Positions 53,278-64,000 of a stretch of 64,000 nt of DNA are shown piece by piece (the stretch's first letter is position 1; every line of letters begins with the position of its first letter). The stretch lies in contig MU058198.1 of the NCBI GenBank assembly GCA_013265495.1, positions 2,926,419-2,990,418 of the forward strand, given 5' to 3'. A program made the translations under genes and the position numbers. Source of the DNA: Vicugna vicugna. Lineage: Eukaryota. The notes beneath the pieces are model-generated. The model had not been told where the DNA came from. It did no database searches and worked only from the letters and a program-made list of their open reading frames with translations.

Positions 53278-56200
53278 GACAAGTCATTCAGAAGAGGCTT
53301 GATGGAATCCTGGGGAGAGTACATGTGTGAGATTTGAAATAGCCTCCCGAGTCTGCCACAAATCTCCCTTCTCCCCTAAACTGGGAAACACGTTTTAGAC
53401 GAACGTAAGATGGCCCTAGAACCCAATCTACTGTCAGCATTACCGTAAATCCCACAGCTTAGTTTCATTGTAACCAGTGGCTGGGAAGCTCCGAAGTCTC
53501 TACAAAAGTGTTTTAAAATTATTAGCACGATTAGAAGCCACATTCTTTCCCTGTGACCGCGATAGAACCCTAGAAGATATAAAAAATTAAAATCTATAGA
53601 AAATGGCAGGTTATTTTTAGGACAAAATACTTTAGGAAAGTCTTCAGGCTAAATACAGTATATAAACCAGGGTGTGTTCAACATACCAGTTTCACTCCTG
53701 CTTGCAAAAATACTTATTTTACACACAATCTTGCCAATGATCAAAAAAAAAAAAAAGAATTCCACAAAGAGAAACACGTCCAAAGCAAAAGAAATCACAT
53801 TCATGCTCTGATACTGATTAAGCCACATTAAAAAAATTACAAATTCAAAAATTGAACTCCATGATCTAAGAGTTGCCTTTTTTTTTTTTTTTTTTACTTA
53901 TGCTGAGTGTAAGTAGTCTATATTTTTTCTACTTTTTTTTATTGGTTGCTTGCATAGTAGGAAGAGCATGCTTTCTGGGTTAGGCGGAAGCCATGCAGAA
54001 TTGTTTTCATTACTTGGGGGAGAAAATGATTGGTCATGCTCAAAAACACACACATCTGCCAAAACACACACTTTGAGAGTTGATCGAAAGGCAGTATAAG
54101 ACAGAGTGTTCGTCTAAATAAAAGCACAGCGTTCCCTCCCCAAAATATGCAGTCAGGTTGAGCAATACCACATCCTTCAGGAAACTAAAGACAGCCAGCC
54201 TGCAGTCACAGCTGCTCCTTGTGTTTCTGTTTATGATAGAGGCACTGATTTGTCAGCAAGTTTTGCTCTTCTCAGTTCCAAATAATGCAAAGTTCAACGC
54301 ACCTCATGGAATATGCGTTTTATTGAAACTGTGCTTATGATTTGCATTCCATCGCAAAAATCCAACCTGGAAATACTAATTATCTTTGCATCCAATAATT
54401 ATACAGCCTACATAGGAAACAGTAACTTCAGCTGTTCGGTAATTTGTCAAAATGAAATGTAACGTCAGGTGTCAATCTACTTTTAAAAACGTGTTTATTT
54501 GAAATAAATGAGCTTTGTTCACAGCTCTTCTCTGTTCCATTGTCCCTAAAGGCTGCCACTGCTGATTCCTGTACATTCTGTTCCTGCTTTTCCCATGATA
54601 GTTATTTTTAAACGGATGACCGTTTTTCTCCCCACCCCCAACCAAAACCCTCACCTCCATCTCATACAGACACAGATGACCAAATTCTAATGCACAGTGA
54701 CTTCATAATGGATTTCCAACCCCTAAGTAGTAGAGACAGCTCTGAAAAAGAGGACGTGACAGTAAAACGTCTCTAAAGATGAAGAAGGGCACTTTTGGTT
54801 TCCAGAACAGAACAGACTTGCTCGAGAGGCCCACAAGCCTCAGCCGGTCACCAGGATCCATTTGACCTTTCTGTTCGGGAGGACTGTCGCTCCGTCTAGG
54901 ACATCATCAGCATCCCCTGGGCTCCTCAGCTGTGCTCCCAGGGCTCCTCAGCTACAGCAAACTCCTGAAGCTCTCAGCTTGCCTTTACAAGCGAAGCCGG
55001 CCCTCAGTGAACGTTTGCAGAATGAGTGAATGATTACCGGAGAGGTGAGGGCAGCCTCACAGACAGTAGCAGTATTCTACCGTAACAAATACTCCCACAT
55101 CCATTTCTACTGGTCCAGCGTAGCATTACTTACTTTCAGTTAGGCTGCTTTTAGGGTAAGGAAATACAGAAAAAGGTGGGAGAAGGTCTTGAGATGACAT
55201 GAGCTTAACAGTCTCTTTGTGCTTCCACATTATCTAAGGGATTACAAAGGCAAGGTGGAGGGCTGTCTCAGGGAATGATATAGCCTCAGTGCGCTGGATG
55301 TTTACAGGAAAGGAAATCAAGAATAAACAAGGTTTTAAAAAGCAAACAAACATTACAGATGCAACACTAGTATCAGTGATTATTCTGTGCCAGCCAGGAA
55401 ATGACTGCTCTCATCAGGCCCACTTGGTTGTCAACCAGAAACCCAGGGCTACCATCCTTAGTAGGTGAACTTTAACCCCAAAACCTACGTGCTCATTATG
55501 CCAGACATCATTGGGAAAAGGAAAAAACAAAACAAAACACCGGGTCCCTAACTCTACCAAAGGACTGCATTGACCCAAGTATTAACTTTCTCATAAGATA
55601 CTTCACACCACAACAAACACCTCCAAACTTCTGGGCAAAATATTCTTTCCTGTGGCTTAACGTTGCACCTAGTAGTCAGGGATGAAGTTTTCATTGTTTG
55701 CCAAGTAGAGAAACATCATGGCCCAAAGACGCCTAGGCGATGCCGTAACACGTCCTGCTTTCCTTCCCATTTAAACCTGAAATAAGAACTAAACTCCACA
55801 GACATACAGTTTATAGATACCGAAAGTTTATTTCTAGATCCCATAGAAAATTAATGGAGCTTGCAGAGATTTTGTTTTGTTTTTTTTTTTCTTAAGACAC
55901 TATACATAAACAGAAAACCCATTCCTGGAGGACTCAAAAATAAAAATATTTACCACTGTGAAAATTAAACTAGATCCTATTAATGCTGAACTGTTTATAG
56001 CCCCTCCCAAAACGTATTGTTAAAACACTTTGTGTAGACAAACTGTGATTCTGAGACTGTTCAGAGCTTCTGGTAGGAGATTTCAAATGAGATTTACCTA
56101 TTAAAGAAAGACGAGAGGGTCAAGGTAGACGGACGTTCAATTCCTGGTACTGACGATCCCACATTTGGCGCATCTTTTTCAGGAGATAAAGGTGATACAG

Positions 56201-58103
56201 GAAAACTAGCAGTGACTAAACACGGGTTGGGCTGTCAGTGCGCCGTTGGAAGCAGTAACAATATTGACGGCAGTCCCAGCACAGCAGAGGAGAGGGATGT
56301 TGCTCTGGGAAACGGGACACCTGCACGGTGAAACGAGGACACCTAGCGAACTGGTGAGTCCAGGGTTGAGTACGGTGGGCAATAGGCTCATGTTAGATGG
56401 GTTTCACGAAGCACTAGTGTAACTTTCACAAGGCTGAGTGTGTTGTCTTCAATGTTGCCAGGGTCTAAAATTCCAGCTACCCTCGACATAAGTTGCCTTC
56501 AGACTTGCAAGTTATCTGCTAATGCTCAAATCAGCAGCAAGATAAACTTAAGTAACCCACTGGAAACATTTCCCAAGAGGTATTCATGGAAACGAAAGTG
56601 GGGGAAGGCAGTGTAGAATTCATAGTTATGCACGTAATAATATGTGTTCTGGTGACTTCACACACAGCAATACTGAAAAGGGAGATTATAAATGGATCTG
56701 TGCACCAAGAGTTCAGGAAGAACTTGAAGAGTCCATGACTTAAAAAAAAAAAGTTAAATGTAAAAGTATATAAACTTAGCATGCTGTATTTCATGGCAAA
56801 GTGACACGCTATTCAGAGAGAATTTGAACCACGACTCCCTAGACGTTTAAAAAAAAAACAAAAAACCAAAAAAAACCCAAACAGAAAAAAGCCCAAAATT
56901 CCAGAACACCTCCTAAAAGCTTGAAAAATATATATATCTTGCTTATCTGTGAATTTCTGTACGGTTCCCTTTTTTTTCCCAACAAGAAATGCAATTTGCA
57001 CTGATAATGCCAGATGGAACGTGCTCCATCCTGCTTGTGAGCTCTGGGTAATAGATTAAATCTTCAGCACAGAAAAGAAATGACTGCGTTCCCGAAGGGG
57101 CAGTCACAACTAAGACTGACAGGCAGGGCCAGAAGTGCGCGTGTAACACTCAGTCACACGTCGCTCTAACATACTGTCACTGACAGTTGGCATTAGGAAA
57201 CTTCTTTCCTCTCCAAGTCATGAGACGAGGAGACACGGGCATGCACACACCGGCGGCACGGTGCTTTCAACTTCTAACCCAGAAAAAAACACCACCAGAG
57301 AAAGAAAATGGCACAGGCTCGCGCGTCCGGTTCAGAATCCATTTCTTTTTTCTAGGCATCTTTTGAAGGTATTACCTGCTCTACTACATTTCAAAATCCC
57401 AATGGCCGTAGCTCGCAAATTTAGAAGGAAAAAAAAAATGAACTACTAGTGACTGGCTTTCTGGCTATCCAACCTGCCACCTCTTTAGGACGTATCCCAA
57501 GGGTCAAGACACCCATGGTGCACACATCTTTGCAGATAGGAAGCTGGTGAAAGGCTTCACTTCTACCTCTAAAAACGTCTATCTGTGGCAGTAGGAGAAA
57601 CGACAGCCACCCACAGGCCACCTTCTTCTTCAACCCTTTCACTGACGCACCCTCCTAGACTAGCTGAGTATATACCTGAGAAACAGTAGTGTTAAAATAT
57701 TGCCCTTTACAAAAACTGGTAGATGGGGCCAAAGTGCAGAGAGCGACAGTTTTCCCTCGGTTTGTTTGACTGTTAGTGTCACAGTTTTTAGAGCTCCCGG
57801 TGCCACACGACAATCCGCAGTGAGGACAAATTCCACTCAGATGAAACCCAAGTCAAATAATTCATCCTTCTACAGAGCACACTAATGGTAGCTTAACTGG
57901 TTCACAGGTTTCAAATCCCTAGTGTCCAACAAAAGTCATTAGAGTTCTCTAGGGAGAAATATGCACAGTTGCTAAAGGGACCGCCCAGGGAATTGACTAC
58001 GATTACTCCAGTTAGCTTGGTATCAATGCTTTGCCTATGGCTGTTATTTGGTTCAATGGCAGAATAAGGCGACGCTTTTAACAATTTGCAATTCAGTTCT
58101 CCT

Positions 58104-58177
58104 CACACACACACAGACACTCACACGTACACACACGCACACGTGCGCACACACACGCACACGCGTGCACACACACA
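58104..58177. repeat. Interrupted (CA)n/(CG) alternating purine-pyrimidine tract, UG-rich in the USP31 mRNA
   Basis: cacacacacacagacactcacacgtacacacacgcacacgtgcgcacacacacgcacacgcgtgcacacacaca. Confidence 0.9.
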
Positions 58178-58292
58178 GTCAGGCACGTGACCCCAAAAAT
58201 ACAAAACAAAAGCATAGAGGGCTTTGGTGGGAGGGAAGGGGTTCTAAATAAATAAACATCTTTACAGATAAAACACTTGGACTGCAGAAGTA

Positions 58293-59860
58293 TCACTGAG
58301 GTTTTTGAGAAGGCCGTGCAGAGGTTTGCATGCTAGAAGGTAACTTTTTTGAGGGTTTCTCAGCAGACTGCCTGCCACCAGGAGACGAGGGCACTCCGGA
58401 ATCTAGCTGGGAAGACTTGGATCTGCGAGCGGACAGCAGGGAATGTTTAGCAGAAGCAGGGTCCTTGGAGATAAGCTGCTCCTTTCCGACTGCACCGGCA
58501 TTTGGCTGCTGCGAACCTGGCGGCTGGCAGCCTTTCTCAGCCTTGTCACCTGCGCTGCTCTTACAGACCGCCTTGACGGCGCTCCCGCCAGCCTTCTTGG
58601 ACAGCAAGGTTGTCTTGCCAAGATCCGTTGACCGCCGGGTTTCCTTCTGCCTCAGGGCTGACTTGAAGAAGGACAGCCCCTTGTCTTCAGACTTGCTGTC
58701 CCTCTTCAGGCCGGCCTTCACGCTCATGCTGGGGGAGCGCAGGCTGGCCATGGAGGAGCTCCGCACGTGCCTGCCGTCCCCCCTGCCGTCCCCGGCTCTG
58801 GCCTGGCTCACGCGAGGGGAATTGGGTTTGGAGCTGGAGGTGACGCTGGCTCTGTCGGAAACCAGGCTTTGTCTGGAGCCCTCTCTACTCAAGCTCCTGT
58901 CAGAAGTCCTGCTCTTTCCTGGAGGGAAGGGGCCCCTTAGGGCTGGGCCTGAGGCTTTTTTGGCAGATGTGGAGGAAGCAGCGTGAGCGAGGGAAGATGC
59001 CGACTTCTGCTTCTGGAGCGATGGGGATGACACGAAGTCCTGGGGTTTGGGGGAGGATTCCTTTTTTGGGGCAGGGGCAGGGGAGGAATGCCGTCCACTG
59101 GCCCGGGAAGAAGAATCTGCTTTGCTTCGGGAGCGGGAGGGCTTTGTGGAAACTTTGACAGGAACAGGAGAAGAAGGAGACGTACTGGAAAGAGATGATT
59201 CCTGGCTTGCCAAGACTGGCCTCCCCTTCCGCAAGCTTCTTTCTGCCTCAGAAGCGCCTTTGGAGCTGGGCGATCTCTTGGCTGTGCTCTCGGGTTTCTT
59301 TGCGAGTGAGCCGGGCTGGCTCGGGGGTTTCGCCTCTTTGACGGGAGAGCTGTCTACAGAATCGCTCTGATCCACATAAGCAATCTGGTTATTGTTATCA
59401 AACGGATCAGAGACAGGAGGCAAGTGATCCCCTTGTGCTGAGCTCTTGCTCTGTGTGTCTACAACACTGGAGTTCAACCTGCGGGCGTCTGACTCATCTT
59501 TGAACACACCTTCCATGACAGCCAGAGGCGCCCGACCCACAGCCTTGTGGTCCCGTCGACTGTGACTATCGCTTGAGTCCTGGTAAAAGCTAGAAAGGTT
59601 CCTCAAGCTCCCAAAGCAAGAGATGGAGACCTTGTCGTCCGCTGCCTCCCCGATCTTCTCCAAGGTGGAGGCGGAGGTGTGAATCGGAGAGTCCCCTGAG
59701 AAGCGGGAAGGGGAACTGGAGCGCATCTGCAGCTTGGCTGACAGGGACCAGGAGGGTCTGATGCAGTTTTCGTTGACCGCCAAGGGGCTGGTGACGGAAG
59801 ATCTGGACGACAAGCTCTGGCGCTGGACGCTTCTCACGAAGGGGCGAGTAGAGAAACCTC
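58293..59860 (-). CDS. USP31: USP31 (ubiquitin-specific peptidase 31), coding part of last exon: Ser/Pro/Lys-rich C-terminal tail, stop TGA at 58293-58295
   Basis: Translation GGFSTRPFVRSVQRQSLSSRSSVTSPLAVNENC...SARPSQKPQ* matches my recollection of the mammalian USP31 C-terminus. Acceptor (minus strand) ctctttgctgccttcag|GAGGTTTC with AG at 59862-59861. Phase 1, in frame with the upstream exon (1568 nt = 2 + 522 codons). Confidence 0.96.
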
Positions 59861-60096
59861 CTGAAGGCAGCAAAGAGAGTATCATTAGGCTAAGGCCACA
59901 AAACATCTTGGTAATATCTAAAGATGGAAGGAAGATGGAAGGAAGGCGTGGGGTGAGAGGAGCGTGACCTCAGAGCCAGTATATCTAGGGTCAAGGGGCA
60001 GCTATGTGACTTCAACTTTTCTGAACCCAGTTCCCTTATGTGTAAAATAGGGACGTTCTAACTTAGGGATCAGCAGTGCCCCTTCTTGCTCTGTAA

Positions 60097-60292
60097 CAGG
60101 GGTCAGCAGACTTTTCCTCCAAAGGCCCCCACACTAAGCATTTCCGGCCTTGTGGGCCAGCTGCTCAACTCTGCCACCACAGGGCAAAGGCAGCTGCAGG
60201 GAACAGATGGGAGTGGCTGTTCCAATATTTTTTTTTTTTAAATAAAGGCAGGGGCCGTATTTGGCCTGTGGGCTATACTTTGCTATCCCCTG
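60097..60292. mobile_element. MER58-like hAT MITE inserted in a MIR, in the last USP31 intron
   Basis: caggggtcagcagactttt...aaaggcc...ctcaactctgcc...ggctgttccaata...tttggcctgtgggc...tttgctatcccctg with cagggg/cccctg termini. MIR sequence on both sides. Confidence 0.75.
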
Positions 60293-60608
60293 TTGTAACT
60301 CACAGAGCTCCCGTGAGAATTAAATAAAATCTTAAAAGTCCTCGGCCCAGCACCTGGCACCGTGTGGCTCCTCAATACATGTGCGCGACTTCATTTATGG
60401 CTTCTAAGATGGGAGTGGCTGTTCCAATATTTTTTTTTTTTTAAATAAAGGCAGGGGCCGTATTTGGCCTGTGGGCTATACTTTGCTATCCCCTGTTGTA
60501 ACTCACAGAGCTCCCGTGAGAATTAAATAAAATCTTAAAAGTCCTCGGCCCAGCACCTGGCACCGTGTGGCTCCTCAATACATGTGCGCGACTTCATTTA
60601 TGGCTTCT
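60205..60608. repeat. Near-perfect tandem duplication, two copies of ~201 bp
   Basis: Copy 1 60205-60405 and copy 2 60407-60608 both read agatgggagtggctgttccaata...cttcatttatggcttct. The only difference I see is the poly-T run (12 versus 13 T). Confidence 0.95.
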
Positions 60609-62129
60609 TCATCTTGCTGAGGACATCGGGGCTCACAGCAGGGACTCCCCCCCAAGATCACAAAAATATTTAGACACAGCTAATACCAGAACCACAGCCC
60701 CCTTCCCCTACCTCAGTGCCACGAGTAGGCTGCGTGTCGTTGACTATGAAAGCAGATCCGTGGAAAGAACTAAAAAGACAATACATTCCTACCTCCGGTG
60801 ACTTAAAACTTCCAAGGAAAATACTCATAATCAGAACAGAATACTCCTATTTTAAGTGACTTAAAACTTCCAAAGAAAATATTCTAAATTAAATTCTGCA
60901 CACACTTGATACTGCAGCTGTGGTATGTATAAAACTCTGGATGAGCTCCTAAGAGATGGGCCCTACTCTGTGGGCGCCACCCTCCACCACTGCAGGATCA
61001 TGATGCTCAGCGGGTATCGATTTCACCAGCTACACCGCTTAAAAATAGATTGGGGGCAAACCATATCTAGGCTTATTCTTAAAACAACAGTGAATGTTAA
61101 GTTTAAAGGCTGCGCTGAAAATAACGTGTAAATAATAAACGAGCCAAGGTTCCTGGTCAGTTTTTCATAAAATGTCAGGAGCTACAGACATCAGCTTAGC
61201 GATTTATAGCCCAAGACTCTTATTCTATAAGTAAAGAAGCAACAGCCAAAGGAAGGGGCAGAGCTGGAACCCTGTCGTAGGTCCTCCTCTGGCATCCGTC
61301 TTCCAACCTCCTGCTCCTTCCCTCTATTTCACGTTCTCAGAATTACCCACCACCACTAGAGGTGGCTTACTGGAAGCCATCGAAGTGCCGGCCGCAGAAT
61401 GAGACTTGCCGGGAGGTGAGTCCTCATTAGAGACGCGGAGCTCACTCCCTCCCCCTCGCAGCTCTCAGCGCTCCGCCCCGCCTGATCCTGCCCACACCGC
61501 CCGGGGGTCCCTGTGAGAGCTGAGGGCTGTGCTGCCATGCTCAAGCGCTAAGTGAAGGCAGAAAACCAGAGCTCAAGTTGTACCAAATTTTCAAAGATTT
61601 TATACCGTGACGATCTTCTCAATTCCTAAAAACTACCTTTATGCAGAGGCAACGGTTTTTGTTCTAAATGCTTCCATACTTACAAGAACACACGTCAGAT
61701 CCCTCTAAGGGACTAAGGGACAGTGTGGTGGGAAGGTGAGAAGCTGAAGAGCTGGGAGCCTCCGGGCCAGGCTCAGCACAGCCGCTCGTCAGCCGGGGGC
61801 CTCGCTGCGTCCCCTTACAGCTATTTGAAGATTTTAAAAAGCACTTTGAAAAAAATGTATACATTACTGTAGCGTTAAAGCTCCAGCCTCCACACAAGAC
61901 CTTAAAAGTGGGAAATAATGAAGTGGAAGGAACAAGTCCTAAGCCACAGGAAAAGCAAATGACCCTGTTATATACAGTGTCACTTACGATCGTAACCCAC
62001 AGCCACACAACCCACCCTCTGCAGCCCCTTTTATGTTCTCCACCATAACTTAGTTCCTAAACGTGAGGGACCCTGTGCTGTGTGCCTGGGGTGCCATTTT
62101 GGAGATCGGTCACCAAAACCCAGACCCAC

Positions 62130-62282
62130 CATCATCTTCACTCCTTTCCCCCGTCATCTCCACCGACTCGGACAGCGAGGCCAGGGAGGTGCGTCTGGAG
62201 GAGGCTGCAGAGGTCACGCTGGCTTGCTTGCTGCCCGGGAGCCGGCTCACCCAGTGTTCACACAGGGAGGAACTGGTGGAGC
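62130..62282 (-). CDS. USP31: USP31 penultimate coding exon (153 bp): GSTSSSLCEHWVSRLPGSKQASVTSAASSRRTSLASLSESVEMTGERSEDD
   Basis: Acceptor cttccttttctgcag|GC (AG at 62284-62283) and donor GATGATG|gtgggt (GT at 62129-62128). Phase 1 at both ends; peptide continues in frame into both neighbouring exons. Confidence 0.95.
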
Positions 62283-63917
62283 CTGCAGAAAAGGAAGCGG
62301 GCGTCGAGGTCAGGCCAGGATCTCGGGGCCCGCCTGCCCTGCGCACGCCATCAGGAAGGGCTGCTGCCCGAGCCGGGGGTGGCCACCATCCTCACCACCA
62401 GGTCAGCCTTAACCCCCAAGCCCCACATTGTGCCTGCTCAAATACCCTGTTAGGATGAAAAGAAGGACAGACTCCCACACGTGTCTGCAGTGATAAAACC
62501 CGAGCACAGGGATGGGTACTTCATAACGCAAAGTCCAAGTCTTAAGTGCTGGCGATACAATGGAACAGAGACAATCATTCATGTATTCATTTATTCTGCA
62601 AACATTTGCTGAGGCTGAGCTCACACCCTCCTCCTTGTCAGTCACTGTTCTAAGCACTCGTAGGAATATTTCTGACACAGAGAGAAGAAACCAAGCAGCA
62701 GTGCACTGTTATTTTCTTGGCCTTACTGTTAAGTGGTATTTTAAAATCACTTTCACAATATTAATATACAAACACACGTGCACACACAGGGCTACATGCC
62801 ATTCTGTCCTGTTTCAGAGAGGCCCTTCGATATATATTAGAGCAACAGAAACTGCTCTTGAAATTGAGAACATGAGGCAGCATGACTGTCTCAAGTAGAC
62901 CTCAAGAAAGGGTAATTTCTGAGCATACCTCAGCCCCTGGAAAGCCCTGTGGGACGCGGTGGAGCCCTGGAGCTCCCACCTTTCCATTAACTAAGAGCAC
63001 GCCTACAGACAGAGGGGTGTGCTGGGAGCTGGGGGGGGGGGGTCTGACTCCAGCAGGGGTCACTCTGCTTCAGCGATGCTTCCTTTTCATGGCGCCGAGC
63101 TTCAAGGGGAGCAGGGATTAAGATTCTCTAACCTGATCACACATTACCATGTCTTAGTCCTCTAGTCTCTTAAACTCCACTTCAGCATTAAGAAGCATGC
63201 ATCCCCTGGTCTGGATTGTGTGTGGCTGCGCCAACATCGCATGTGGGCGCTGCTTCCTGCATTTATTAAACACAGCAGACTAGATCCCATCAAGCTAAAC
63301 CCCAGCCATCTAATATTACTGCAGCCTTCGATCCTTCCCCTAACAGAAGAGGCTGATCTTACGGGGAAAAAAGAATAATTTCTATCGGTGCTTTACAAAA
63401 GGCCTTAACGCATGTTTACCTAATGAGACACAGCAAAGACCCCAGGAGGCAGGCAGCCTGATTACACCCAGACTACAGATGACAGGTACGTGGCTTGGGC
63501 AGGACGTGCTCCAAGAGAACTTGACCAAGATGTGACAAAGCCGAGTCTCCGTTCTATTTCCAGATCGCTCAGTCCCTCTACTCCGAGAACAGCGTGTCAT
63601 GCTGCTTTTTCCACTCACTCAGACATGTGTTTGCTCCACAAGTAAACACCGCAGGCTTACTCTGAACCGGGCTCCACTCCCCCTCCAGCCCCTGGAAACC
63701 CCTGAGGGACACAGCCACTCCTAGTTCACAGCCGCTCCTACATCCCACCCCCATTTCCTTGACTGCAATCCTTCTGGTTTCCAGACTATATGCAACTGTG
63801 AGAACTAATCTGATCCAACTGACAGAATCATGAGACTTTCTGGAGAAATTCTCTGGACCATTAATTACAATTTTCTGCTCGGGGGAAAAAACTGCCCAAG
63901 TGCAGTGTCGGCCTTAC

Positions 63918-64000
63918 CTGCCACCGAGCTGTTGGCCGACCACGACGGAATGGCTGTCCGCCTCTGGTAGAAGAGGATGTAGGCCGTCTGCGTGCAGACC
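63918..64000 (-). CDS. USP31: USP31 coding exon, truncated by the window edge: ...VCTQTAYILFYQRRTAIPSWSANSSVA(G), end of the USP catalytic domain
   Basis: Minus-strand translation gives the USP-family terminal motif AYILFYQRR. Donor GCAG|gtaagg (GT at 63917-63916), phase 1. Confidence 0.95.

Larger units (their letters stand above)
51570..58292 (-). other. USP31: Inferred long (~6.7 kb) 3'UTR of USP31
   Basis: Repeat-poor, AT-rich sequence running from the stop codon to an AATAAA (plus-strand tttatt 51592-51597). Repeat density rises below ~50 kb. Consistent with my recollection that USP31 mRNA is ~10 kb. The exact end is inferred. Confidence 0.7.

Noticed and set aside
58290..58298. Possible stop-codon readthrough of USP31 (TGA)
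   Set aside because: The context is CAG TGA TAC, not the UGA CUAG readthrough motif.
58330..59370. Plus-strand ORFs of 218 aa and 107 aa overlapping the USP31 last exon
   Set aside because: Antisense shadows of a GC-rich coding exon, with no recognisable protein and no independent evidence.
59858..59863. CAG GAG tandem (NAGNAG) acceptor at the last USP31 exon, which could drop one Gly
   Set aside because: GAG is a very weak acceptor when distal to CAG; there is no evidence of use without RNA data.
59861..59906. N-terminal MFCGLSLMILSLLPS of the 537-aa ORF in the track, suggesting a single-exon gene
   Set aside because: It is intron sequence (polypyrimidine tract and AG acceptor) that happens to be in frame. 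The real reading frame comes from the exon at 62130-62282.
61353..61366. CTCF-like ccactagaggtggc, and weaker matches near 26719 and 52882
   Set aside because: Mismatches at high-information core positions; expected by chance in 64 kb.

Overview
Mammalian genomic DNA, most likely from a camelid (alpaca/llama/camel). This is inferred from three copies of a tRNA-derived SINE resembling the camelid Vic-1 type and from cetartiodactyl-type L1 3' ends. The right-hand ~12.5 kb holds the 3' end of the deubiquitinase gene USP31 on the minus strand: three coding exons (63918->64000, 62130-62282, 58293-59860) with canonical GT-AG junctions that join in frame, and an inferred ~6.7-kb 3'UTR ending near an AATAAA at 51592-51597. 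The first ~51 kb is gene-free intergenic DNA downstream of USP31. In human synteny this is the interval toward HS3ST2, which I recall but cannot see here. It is dense in old repeats (L1, L2, MIR, MLT1/LTR16/LTR33/MER21, Tigger and hAT MITEs), identified by eye, so subfamily names and edges are approximate. Nearly all short ORFs in the track are non-coding noise. I found no convincing previously undescribed biological system. The best observations are a near-canonical REST/NRSF RE1 element in a CpG-rich patch (26874-26894), two co-oriented CTCF-like motifs (~32.66 and ~34.84 kb), a near-perfect 201-bp tandem duplication in the last USP31 intron, a 5'-inverted (twin-primed) L1 insertion, and a palindromic two-way poly(A) signal at the inferred USP31 3' end.
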